NCBI GenBank assembly: GCA_965226495.1
Contig: OZ245365.1
Location: forward strand, 1,568,001-1,632,000
Source: Candidatus Marinacidobacterales bacterium
Lineage (GTDB): Bacteria > Acidobacteriota > Vicinamibacteria > Marinacidobacterales > DATDRI01
Length of the DNA stretch: 64,000 bases
Direction of reading: 5' to 3'
The notes beneath the pieces were generated by a model. It had not been told where the DNA came from. It did no database searches and saw nothing but the letters and a program-made list of their open reading frames with translations. Shown piece after piece: positions 49,006 through 57,722 of this stretch (the first letter of the stretch is position 1; each line of letters starts with the position of its first letter). The translations under genes were made by a program, and so were the position numbers.

Positions 49006-51318
49006 ATGTCTCAAACACCCATCGGCAAACTCGGCAAGTACGAGATCCGAAAGGATCTTGGCAAAGGTGCTATGGGTGTTGTGTATCTCGCCTGGGATCC
49101 GGTCCTCGAGCGCGAAGTGGCGCTCAAGGTCATGGCCAGCACCATCGTATCCGATGATGACTTGCGAGAGCGTTTCGCGCGTGAGGCCAAGGCAGTCGCC
49201 AGGCTCCAGCATGCCAATATTGTCACCATCTACGACCTTGGGTACGACGATGCCGGGTCTCCCTTCATCGCGATGGAGCTCCTCAAGGGAACCGACCTCG
49301 AGCGAAGAATTCGCAAGAACCCCCCTTCGTTCGGGCAGCGTTTGGAAATCGTAGCTCAGGTGTGTCGGGGTTTGGCGCATGCCCACGGCAACGGGATCGT
49401 GCACCGCGACGTCAAGCCCGCCAACGTCTTCGTTCTGGAGGGTGGTGGAGTCAAGATCATGGACTTCGGCGTGGCGCGGTGGATGCAGTCCTCGCAGACA
49501 CAAACCGGCGCCGTCCTCGGCACTGCCGACTACATGTCCCCGGAGCAAATCCGCGGTCAAAAAGTAGACGGTCGGTCCGACATTTTCAGCGTTGGCATCA
49601 TTCTCTATCGGCTACTGACGAACAAGAAGCCCTTCACCGGCGAGAACATTCAAGCGACCTTCTATAAGATCCTGACAAACGATCACCCGCTGCTCGTTCT
49701 ACCTGATGGACAACAGGTCGACCAGCTCCAAGACATCGTCGACCGCGCCTTAGCGAAAGACGCCGACGAGCGATACGGGTCCGCCGAGGAAATGGCGGAT
49801 GACATCAAGGAGTTTCTCCGTGTCTTCGAAGGCGCCCTTTCCGAAGATACTCTTTTCGATACGGCTTTCGATCCGGAGGCGGCGCCCCCGCGGGACACTC
49901 CCTCCGGGGTGGGAAGTGGAAGACGGGGCACCATGCGCCCCGGTAGCACGGGTCGCGGGGGACGAACTTCTCCCGGCAGCACCGGTCGCGGTTCCCGAAC
50001 GGCGCGCGGAACCTCGGTTCCGCCCACCGCTATGGGAGGCGCAGGGCAGACGGTTACCGGCCAGACCCAGCACACGGCGATCGCGGGCAGGACCTCGATA
50101 AGTCCTGCGACACGCGTCGTCGCCAGGCCCGCCCCTCGTAAGAGCTCGGCGGGGCTCCTTGTCGCGGTGACGGCGGTCGCGGCGATCGGTGCGGGAGCGG
50201 CGTACTGGTACTTCAACCAGCCCGTACCGGGAGCGGGGAATACGGCATCGGGAACGAATGCCGCAACAACGACCACGCCCTCTCCCGAAGTCCTGAACAG
50301 CCGCTTCGATTTCGCAGAGGGCTTGCTAGAAAAAGGACAAGTGGCACAAGCGTTCGAGGTCGTTCAGAACATCCTTACGATCGCCCCCGACAACGAGCGT
50401 GCCTTGGAGCTTCAGGCCCGCATTCAAGAAGCATCCGCGAAGAAGGGTGCCGACGGGTCGGCTACGACCCAGCGGGGAGGTAACTCGGCCGCTCAGTCTT
50501 TGTCCGCAGACGCTTCTATGGCGATTGCGGGCGGGCAACTGGAACAGGCCAGGTCCCTCATCGCCCAAGGGCGCGAGGTGGATCCATCCAACCCGCGTTG
50601 GGATCAATTGAGCCGACAGGTTCAGGATCGCGCCAGACAGCGCCAAGCCCAGGAGACTCAGAGAAAAAAGGTGGAGCTGCTGTCTGGACATCTGCAGCAA
50701 GCGACGAAGCATGTCGAAGTCGGGGACTACGACAGCGCGATTGCCGCTTACGACGTCGTTCTTAGTGAGGACCCGACCAACGCTGCAGCACTCAGTGGAA
50801 AGGTGCAGGCCACGGGTCTGAAGCAGCGAGTGGAACTGGATCGTAAGCGTCAGGAGGAGTTCCAGCAGAAGACCGCCATCGCCCCTACCCGGCGCATCGC
50901 CGAGGGTAAAACCGAATACACGGCGCCGGGTGGGCCAGAGGGGCCGAAGGGCTTCGAGAGCGGCGGAGTCCAAGTGAAGAAGGCCACCGGTGCGCCTACC
51001 TTCCCGGCCCAGGTCATCATCGAAGTGAATCCGCCCAACGCTCAGCCGGGGCAACCGTATGTGCTACGAGTCAGGATGCACAACGAAGGAAACAAGCCCA
51101 TTCACGCCAAGACTATCGAGTTGGTAAGCACGTACAGCGGTAGCACGACCGGCAAGGGACAACAGATTCCGGTCCGCACAGCGCGAGTCAACCCTAGGGC
51201 CACCGCCATGTTGCTCGAGGTTTCCGGCACCTGGTCGGAGGAGCAGAACAAGGGCCAGATCGTTGCCCATGTTTCGCTGATGGGTGGTGGCTCCCTGACT
51301 AAAACGATCAAATGGTAA
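49006..51318 (+). CDS. Hanks-type Ser/Thr kinase with TM, TPR and C-terminal beta domain
   Basis: GKGAMG, VALK, HRDVKPAN, DFG, YMSPE. Confidence 0.93.
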   Translation: MSQTPIGKLGKYEIRKDLGKGAMGVVYLAWDPVLEREVALKVMASTIVSDDDLRERFAREAKAVARLQHANIVTIYDLGYDDAGSPFIAMELLKGTDLERRIRKNPPSFGQRLEIVAQVCRGLAHAHGNGIVHRDVKPANVFVLEGGGVKIMDFGVARWMQSSQTQTGAVLGTADYMSPEQIRGQKVDGRSDIFSVGIILYRLLTNKKPFTGENIQATFYKILTNDHPLLVLPDGQQVDQLQDIVDRALAKDADERYGSAEEMADDIKEFLRVFEGALSEDTLFDTAFDPEAAPPRDTPSGVGSGRRGTMRPGSTGRGGRTSPGSTGRGSRTARGTSVPPTAMGGAGQTVTGQTQHTAIAGRTSISPATRVVARPAPRKSSAGLLVAVTAVAAIGAGAAYWYFNQPVPGAGNTASGTNAATTTTPSPEVLNSRFDFAEGLLEKGQVAQAFEVVQNILTIAPDNERALELQARIQEASAKKGADGSATTQRGGNSAAQSLSADASMAIAGGQLEQARSLIAQGREVDPSNPRWDQLSRQVQDRARQRQAQETQRKKVELLSGHLQQATKHVEVGDYDSAIAAYDVVLSEDPTNAAALSGKVQATGLKQRVELDRKRQEEFQQKTAIAPTRRIAEGKTEYTAPGGPEGPKGFESGGVQVKKATGAPTFPAQVIIEVNPPNAQPGQPYVLRVRMHNEGNKPIHAKTIELVSTYSGSTTGKGQQIPVRTARVNPRATAMLLEVSGTWSEEQNKGQIVAHVSLMGGGSLTKTIKW

Positions 51319-51866
51319 GAGCCCTAACTGCGTTCCTCGCCTTCGCTTTCTCCGCCGCACCTGTTTTTTCCGAGGAGCCCTTGTTAGATCATCAACCCAT
51401 CGTTTGTTCGCTTCCCGGCAAGAACCCCCGAGTCCGAGGAGCCCTTGTTAGATCATCAACCCATCCCGGCAAGAACCCCCGAGTATGCGCGTACGTTGCC
51501 GATGACGGTGAAATAAAGAGAGTCCGCTCGTATTTCCGAGCCAGGGGCAAGGAATACTTCTATTGGAGCGAAATGGCGTTCGACGGCATCCAATACTGTG
51601 CGACCCTCCCGGTTGCCAAGAACAACGTGAAAGGCGTCGAGTACTACATCTGGGCCATCGACGATAGCTTCCAGTCTCGGCGAACCCGTACCCACAAGAT
51701 GTCTCTGGTCCCCGAGGTTCCCTGCGAGTATCCAGTCTTCGACGATGATCCGGAGCGAAGCTCCAACCTCGTCGTCAACGCCACCTCGCCCAAACAAGGC
51801 AACTCCATCTCCGACTTCAGCGAAAAGGGCATTGTCCGCTACGTGGCGGTAGGGCAGAAGGAGTAG
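51312..51866 (+). CDS. Secreted hypothetical protein with internal duplication
   Basis: Signal peptide; YFR...Y....M, VEYYI.A.D pattern; overlaps the kinase stop. Confidence 0.7.
   Translation: MVRALTAFLAFAFSAAPVFSEEPLLDHQPIVCSLPGKNPRVRGALVRSSTHPGKNPRVCAYVADDGEIKRVRSYFRARGKEYFYWSEMAFDGIQYCATLPVAKNNVKGVEYYIWAIDDSFQSRRTRTHKMSLVPEVPCEYPVFDDDPERSSNLVVNATSPKQGNSISDFSEKGIVRYVAVGQKE
51369..51484. repeat. Imperfect 64-bp tandem duplication (second copy lacks 13 bp)
   Basis: TCCGAGGAGCCCTTGTTAGATCATCAACCCAT and CCCGGCAAGAACCCCCGAGT each occur twice. Confidence 0.9.
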
Positions 51867-51899
51867 TTTTTCCGCTTCTAACTTCTCTGTAACAAGCTC

Positions 51900-52203
51900 G
51901 CCGTCGGGGCCTCCGGCCCGTCAGCGCTCGCGGGGACCCCACCCCCGCTCGCTACTCGCTTCGCGACTCACTTCGTTCGCGCTCCGCTCGGGCTCAACGC
52001 TGCGCTCGGGCCGAAAACCACGGCCGGTGCCCTTGGCGCCCGCACTCCATGAGCCAATCGTCCGCCTTGGGGCTCCTTCGAAGGAATCAAATGAGCCAGT
52101 ATCACTTCGAAGCTACTCCCCTGGCTTAATTCCTCCCGGCCGTCGGGTCTCGAGCCCGTCAGTGGCGCGGGGACCCCACCTCCGCTCGGGCTCAAGGCTG
52201 TTC
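51900..52203 (+). repeat. Mosaic intergenic element
   Basis: TCAGCGCTCGCGGGGACCCCACCCCC (cf. 38719), CAGTGGCGCGGGGACCCCAC, GGCTCAAGGCTGTTC. Confidence 0.75.
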
Positions 52204-52286
52204 CCCGGTGGCGGTTGATCTAAGCACCCCGAAAACGGGTAGAATCTCCCCCTACCAGATCTTCACCGTAGAGGGGGGGCGAGGAG

Positions 52287-53756
52287 GTGTTCATGCTACC
52301 GCGAGCCAACATCATTCTCCCCGCCCTGGTGCTCGTCTGTGTGAAGCTCTCTTTTGCGGAGCAGCAGCCTTACCCATCGTCTGGGGAGCTCGATGCGCGA
52401 GTTCTCTCTCTCGAGGAGGCCGTTAACATGGCCCTCGCGGACAACCTGGGCCTCCAGACGACAATCGACAACGTATCCAGTTCTCAGATAAGTAAAGGAC
52501 TTGCCGAGTCCCGCTTTGACTTCAAACTGACCCCTTCCTTCGCCGGAGGCTTCGGCTCGGAGATCGGGCGAGACCGCGTCTTCGGTTTCGAAGCAGCCAA
52601 GCTACTGCCCTATGGAGCGACAGTGACTGCGAGCGCCCAGAGTGACTTCACACGCAACCAATTTGGCGAAGTGACCGGCTCCCATTTGACGTTCACCGTG
52701 ACTCAGCCGCTGTTACGTGGTTTCGGCTTGAAGACGACCCAGTTCGATTTGACGAACGCCAAGCGGAATTTGCAGAGTTCGGGGCGAAACCTCGAGATAA
52801 GCCGCCAACGTTTGGCGGTAGAGGTCGTCGCCAGCTACTACAACATCGTCAGGCAGCAGGGCCTGGTCGATGTCGCGGACAAGTCGGCAGAGCGTAGTAG
52901 GGAGTTGCTCCGCGCTTCGGAGGCGCGGCTCAAGGTCGGACTCGCTTCGAAGCTAGACGTTTTCCGAGCCGAGCTGCAGCTCTCGCAAGCCGAACAGAGT
53001 TTGATTAATTGGGAGGAAGCGCTCGAGCTCGCCATGGACACCTTCAAGTTCAACCTCGGCCTGAACCCCCAGGACGAGGTTTATCTCGAAATGGTTGAGC
53101 CGGACTATCAACCAGTCGTATTGGATCTCGAAGCGGAGACCAGGCTCGCACTCAGTCATCGCCTGGAGATCCGGGAGGAAAAAGATCGCATCGGCGACGC
53201 GCGGCGGAGCCTGTCCGTCTCTCGCCAAAATCTACTGCCGCAGCTCGACCTGAACGTTCGTTACCAACAGTCGGGCCTGGGAGAGAGCTTCCGGCAGAGC
53301 CTAGATCTCAATGACGGGGGAGTCGGGGTTTTCTTGAGCACCAGCTATCCCATTGACCAATCCGCAGAGCGAGCCTCGGTGGCGCAATCGAACATCGATC
53401 TAGCAGCGAAGCGTCGAGCGGTGCGCTTGCTGGAGTACAACGTGACTAGAGAGGTCCGCGCGGCGGTCAGAAGCGTGGAGCGTGTCGGCAAGAGCATCGT
53501 GTTGCAGGAAAGGAATATTGAGTTTGCCGAAAAACAGCTCCGGCTGGCCAGCTTACGCTATCAGCGCGGGCTCGCGAGCAATTTCGACATTATTGATGCC
53601 GAGAACAATTTGATCTCTGCGCGCAGCAACTATGTGTCCTTCATCGCGGAGTACAATGTTGCGCTCGTAGAGCTAAAACGCGTCACTGGCACCTTGGATC
53701 TTCAAAAAGATTTTGCGCCCGGCCGCCACACGGCTCCGGCTCGACATCATCCGTGA
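52287..53756 (+). CDS. TolC family outer-membrane efflux protein
   Basis: LSLEEAV..AL..N, TQPLLRGFG, LLPQLDL. Confidence 0.92.
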   Translation: MFMLPRANIILPALVLVCVKLSFAEQQPYPSSGELDARVLSLEEAVNMALADNLGLQTTIDNVSSSQISKGLAESRFDFKLTPSFAGGFGSEIGRDRVFGFEAAKLLPYGATVTASAQSDFTRNQFGEVTGSHLTFTVTQPLLRGFGLKTTQFDLTNAKRNLQSSGRNLEISRQRLAVEVVASYYNIVRQQGLVDVADKSAERSRELLRASEARLKVGLASKLDVFRAELQLSQAEQSLINWEEALELAMDTFKFNLGLNPQDEVYLEMVEPDYQPVVLDLEAETRLALSHRLEIREEKDRIGDARRSLSVSRQNLLPQLDLNVRYQQSGLGESFRQSLDLNDGGVGVFLSTSYPIDQSAERASVAQSNIDLAAKRRAVRLLEYNVTREVRAAVRSVERVGKSIVLQERNIEFAEKQLRLASLRYQRGLASNFDIIDAENNLISARSNYVSFIAEYNVALVELKRVTGTLDLQKDFAPGRHTAPARHHP

Positions 53757-53767
53757 AAGTGTAACTC

Positions 53768-55426
53768 ATGTCATTAGCTCCTACTTCAGTGTTAGCCGGT
53801 GCGCGGGAGGCGGTCCGAAACGGCGCGGCAGCCCTTGGCAAATGGAGAAGGTGGATGAAGGACGGCATCCGCATTCCGCATCCGGCGGCGTTACCTCAGA
53901 CACTAGTGAAGGCGTCCGGGTGGGCGCACGCGAACCCTCGCCGCGCGCTGGTTGGTGCTGGCGGCTCCGTGGCGATGCTCGTCGGACTAACCATGCTGCC
54001 GTTCGCAAGCGACGACGACGGTTCACTCCTGGTTGCGGCAGTGCAAGAAGGGCCATTCGAGGTTACCATCGTCGAGAACGCAACACTTCATGCCCTTCGT
54101 TCGGTCAGCTACTCCTCTTCTATTCCCGGCAATCAAGCGAAAATCCTTTTCCTCGCCCCCGAGGGTGTAAACGTCGAGCCCGGCGATGTTCTCATTCGAT
54201 TCGATTCGAACCCGTTCGAAGAAGAGGTCCGACGAACGAATGCTCGGTTGGCCCAGTCGCGAGCCGAGCTAATCAAAACGGAACAAGACCTGAAACTCAT
54301 GCGTCTTCGCAACATGGAAGAGCTGGCCGAGGCGCACGACAAAGTGAGATCGGCGGAGCTCGAGCTTGCGAGCGTGACCGACGGGAAAGGCAAGTTGGCA
54401 GAGGCGGAGTTCAGTACGAAGTTGGGGCAATCCCGCCGCGAGTTGGAAAGAGCTCTATCCAACTACGAAGATCTGAAGCCTTTTCTCGAAGAAGGTTTCA
54501 TCACCAAGCTGGAATTGGACAGAGCCCGCCACGCGGTAGATAAGGCGAGGGAAGACCTAGAGCTTCTGGAGGTCAAGCACCAAACCTACATGGAATACAC
54601 GCGCCCCGCCGAAATCGAAGGAGCACGCGCCATGCTCCACAATCGCAAGGAGGGGCTCCGTCAACTTGAGCAGGCGGTTTCATATCGTCTATCCCAAGCC
54701 GAAGCGGCACTCGTCCTCGCCGAGAGCAAAGCATCGGAGCTGACTGCCAAGCTGGAGCTCCAGAAGGAGAACGTCCAGAACAGCGAGGTCCGCGCCACCG
54801 TCACCGGGATGGTCATATACAAGGAAGTGTTTTTCGGAAGCGAGAAGCGCAAGGTGCAGGTCGGGGACCAGGTTTGGCCGAATCAGCCCATCGTGATGGT
54901 GCCGGATCTCTCTCAAATGGTGACCGAAACCCAGATCCGTGAAACCGACATTCACAAAGTCGAGAAGAACCAACGCGTACTCATTTTCGTGGAGGCGTAC
55001 CCACAGCTCCAATTGGCGGGCGAAGTCAGTTTCATTGGAACGCTCGCTCAGCAGGAGCAGGGTGGTCCATCGGGGAAGTATTTCCAGGTGACGATTCTGG
55101 TTAAGAGGGTCGATCCCCGTCTTCGCCCCGGTATGAGTGCACGCGTCGAGCTTCTAGTCGAACAAATTGAGAACGCCCGGTACGTTCCGTTAGAGTCGGT
55201 GTTCGAAAAGGGTGGTCGCCGTTACTGCTATGTGCTTCGGAAAGGAAAGGCGCTGGTGCAGGAAGTCTTGACCGGTCCAAGCAACGAGAACCACATCGTG
55301 ATCGAAGCCGGCCTGGAGCGGGGAGAAAGGGTGCTTCTCCGTGACCCCACTGATCATGGCGGTCCAGTCGGCAACGAAGGCGCCGGCTTCTTGGACATCG
55401 TCTCGCCCACGAATTCAGGGCACTAG
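53768..55426 (+). CDS. Periplasmic adaptor (MacA/HlyD-like) with long hairpin
   Basis: EG..V..GD.L, LRPGMSA, VP..SV, GLERGE.V. Confidence 0.9.
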   Translation: MSLAPTSVLAGAREAVRNGAAALGKWRRWMKDGIRIPHPAALPQTLVKASGWAHANPRRALVGAGGSVAMLVGLTMLPFASDDDGSLLVAAVQEGPFEVTIVENATLHALRSVSYSSSIPGNQAKILFLAPEGVNVEPGDVLIRFDSNPFEEEVRRTNARLAQSRAELIKTEQDLKLMRLRNMEELAEAHDKVRSAELELASVTDGKGKLAEAEFSTKLGQSRRELERALSNYEDLKPFLEEGFITKLELDRARHAVDKAREDLELLEVKHQTYMEYTRPAEIEGARAMLHNRKEGLRQLEQAVSYRLSQAEAALVLAESKASELTAKLELQKENVQNSEVRATVTGMVIYKEVFFGSEKRKVQVGDQVWPNQPIVMVPDLSQMVTETQIRETDIHKVEKNQRVLIFVEAYPQLQLAGEVSFIGTLAQQEQGGPSGKYFQVTILVKRVDPRLRPGMSARVELLVEQIENARYVPLESVFEKGGRRYCYVLRKGKALVQEVLTGPSNENHIVIEAGLERGERVLLRDPTDHGGPVGNEGAGFLDIVSPTNSGH

Positions 55427-55443
55427 GGCAAATCCCGTCGCCG

Positions 55444-56148
55444 ATGGGGGCTTCACCTTTGCTTGAGGCCATCGACGTCAGCAAGATCTACCCTCGTCCG
55501 CGAAACGATGTCATTGCGCTGGCCGGTGTGAGTCTGTGCGTCGAGCGCGGGAGTTTCTTGGCAATCATGGGGCCGTCCGGCTCCGGGAAATCGACGCTCC
55601 TTAATCTTTTGGGTTGTCTCGACACCCCGACCTCGGGGCGCATCCTCCTCGACGGCGAAGACGTCGCGGGGCTCGACGATCGTATCGCCAGCCGTCTCCG
55701 TAATCGCCGCATCGGTTTTCTCTTTCAGTCGTTCAACCTGATCCCCCAGATGAACGTCGTGGAGAACATCGAGGCGGCTCTTCTCTATAGCAATCGACCG
55801 CAGCGCGAGTGGCGAGCGAGGGCCTTGGCGGGCCTTGAAAGGCTCGAGCTCCTCGAGAGGGCATCCCACCGGCCGGGAGAGCTTTCGGGCGGAGAGGCCC
55901 AACGCGTCGCGCTGGCCAGGGCCTTGGTCAACGAGCCGGATATTCTCTTGGCCGACGAGCCGACGGGAAACCTTGATTCCCGAGCCGGCGGCAATGTTCT
56001 CGACCTGCTTCTCGAGCTCCGTGACCAGGGGCGGACAATCGTTCTGATCACGCATGACGATACGGTTGCCCACCGGGCCGAGCGCATCATAGAGCTGAAC
56101 GATGGAAAGTGGGTGGGAACTCGAACCCCGGGTTCGGTTGCGTCATGA
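55444..56148 (+). CDS. MacB/LolD-type ABC ATPase
   Basis: GPSGSGKS, LSGGE, LADEPTGNLD, ITHD. Confidence 0.95.
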   Translation: MGASPLLEAIDVSKIYPRPRNDVIALAGVSLCVERGSFLAIMGPSGSGKSTLLNLLGCLDTPTSGRILLDGEDVAGLDDRIASRLRNRRIGFLFQSFNLIPQMNVVENIEAALLYSNRPQREWRARALAGLERLELLERASHRPGELSGGEAQRVALARALVNEPDILLADEPTGNLDSRAGGNVLDLLLELRDQGRTIVLITHDDTVAHRAERIIELNDGKWVGTRTPGSVAS

Positions 56149-57359
56149 ACCCGCGAGTGCTCTGTCCACTGGCATGGCAGGGTCTCGCCTTGCACAAACT
56201 GCGTTCCACTTTGTCGGCGATCGGAATCGTCTTCGGCGTTACGGCGGTGGTTGCGATGATGTCGGTCGGGGAAGGAGCGCGCCGCGAAATTCTCGCCGAG
56301 ATCGGACGGTTAGGTTTGACGAAAATTTCGGTCCGGGCGGGGAGGCTCTCCGGAGAAGCGGAAAGCGAATCGGTTGCTCTTCAATCGCCCGGACTCACCC
56401 TTCGAGATGCGGACGCGATCTCGCAGGTTTGTCCCACGGTGGCGAGCCTAGCACCGTTGCGGCAACGCCCGGTTCAACTCGTCGCATCCGGTCGCAGAGT
56501 GGAGGCGTTTTTAGTTGCAACGACTCCTTCGTTCGCGAGTACCGAGGATATGGTGATCGCGAGCGGACGATTCCTCTCCGACGCCGATCTGAGAGACGCA
56601 AAGCGAGTCATTGTGTTGGGATACGATCTGTCCAGGGGTTTGTTTCCGTATCAGGATGCCATGGGGAAGAGAGTGCGGGTGGGGGAGCAGTGGTACTTGG
56701 TTGTCGGAACACTCGATGCCCGCGAAAGATCGAAGCGAGGTGCTCGAATAGGAGGGCGAGACATCAATCGTTCCGCATTGACTCCGTTGACCTCTCTACC
56801 TATGCCGCGGGGCGGGGTTGACGAGATCGCGATCACGATCGTCAATTCTGACGAAGTGAGCGGTTCGGCACGGTTGATCGATTCCGTTTTGCGAAGACGC
56901 CATCGGGGGGCGATCGACTTCGAGGTGGTTGTGCCAAGGGATCTGCTCGCCGGGTACGAACGGGCGCGGTTTCAGTTCAATGTCGTGGTGGGGACGGTGG
57001 CCGCCATCTCTCTCCTCGTCGGCGGAATCGGCATCATGAACATCATGCTGGCCAATGTCAGCGAACGAACGCGGGAGATCGGGGTGCGACGGTCGCTGGG
57101 AGCCAGCCGCGTTGACATCGTCCAGCAGTTTTTGGCGGAAGCGGTGCTGCTGACGGGAGCCGGAGGCGCAGCCGGGATCCTTCTCGGCGTCTTGGCCTCG
57201 TTCGCGGTATCCCGGTTTGCAGGCTGGCCGATCGCCACCAGCGGCGCCGCACTGCTCGCCGCCTTGGTCTTGGCGGGAACAACCGGAGTGAGCTTTGGGA
57301 TCTACCCTGCGTGGGAGGCGGCGAAGAAGAACCCGGTTGAGGCTTTAAGACACGAGTGA
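56145..57359 (+). CDS. MacB-type ABC permease
   Basis: RS.LS.IGIVFG, GGIGIMNIML..V.ERTREIG, P..ALR.E; ATGA overlap with the ATPase. Confidence 0.95.
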   Translation: MNPRVLCPLAWQGLALHKLRSTLSAIGIVFGVTAVVAMMSVGEGARREILAEIGRLGLTKISVRAGRLSGEAESESVALQSPGLTLRDADAISQVCPTVASLAPLRQRPVQLVASGRRVEAFLVATTPSFASTEDMVIASGRFLSDADLRDAKRVIVLGYDLSRGLFPYQDAMGKRVRVGEQWYLVVGTLDARERSKRGARIGGRDINRSALTPLTSLPMPRGGVDEIAITIVNSDEVSGSARLIDSVLRRRHRGAIDFEVVVPRDLLAGYERARFQFNVVVGTVAAISLLVGGIGIMNIMLANVSERTREIGVRRSLGASRVDIVQQFLAEAVLLTGAGGAAGILLGVLASFAVSRFAGWPIATSGAALLAALVLAGTTGVSFGIYPAWEAAKKNPVEALRHE

Positions 57360-57361
57360 GG

Positions 57362-57712
57362 TCAGGATTTGCTGCTGCCGAAGCTCCCGATAGCCTCCGC
57401 CTCGTCCTCGAAGACTTCGAAGATCGGGAGGAGTTTCGCAGTGGCGAGAGAGCTCCGTAACTTGGGGGAGGCGCTCAAGATTTTCAGCTTGCCGCCGAAC
57501 CGCTCCACCATGCGATGGCTGGCTACGAGCTCGCCCACTCCTGCGCTGTCCATGAAATCGACTTTGGATAGGTTGATCAGGATCTTCGTCATCCCGGATG
57601 CCACCAGCGTGTCGATGGCTTCCTGAAGCATCGCTTCGCCGCCTCCCGAGGTGACTTGTCCCACGACTTCGAGGATAGCCACACCTTTTTTCTCGCGCAG
57701 GTCGAATTTCAT
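57362..57712 (-). CDS. STAS-domain anti-sigma factor antagonist
   Basis: INLSKVDFMDSAGVG. Confidence 0.92.
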   Translation of the reverse strand: MKFDLREKKGVAILEVVGQVTSGGGEAMLQEAIDTLVASGMTKILINLSKVDFMDSAGVGELVASHRMVERFGGKLKILSASPKLRSSLATAKLLPIFEVFEDEAEAIGSFGSSKS

Positions 57713-57722
57713 GGGGAGCCGG

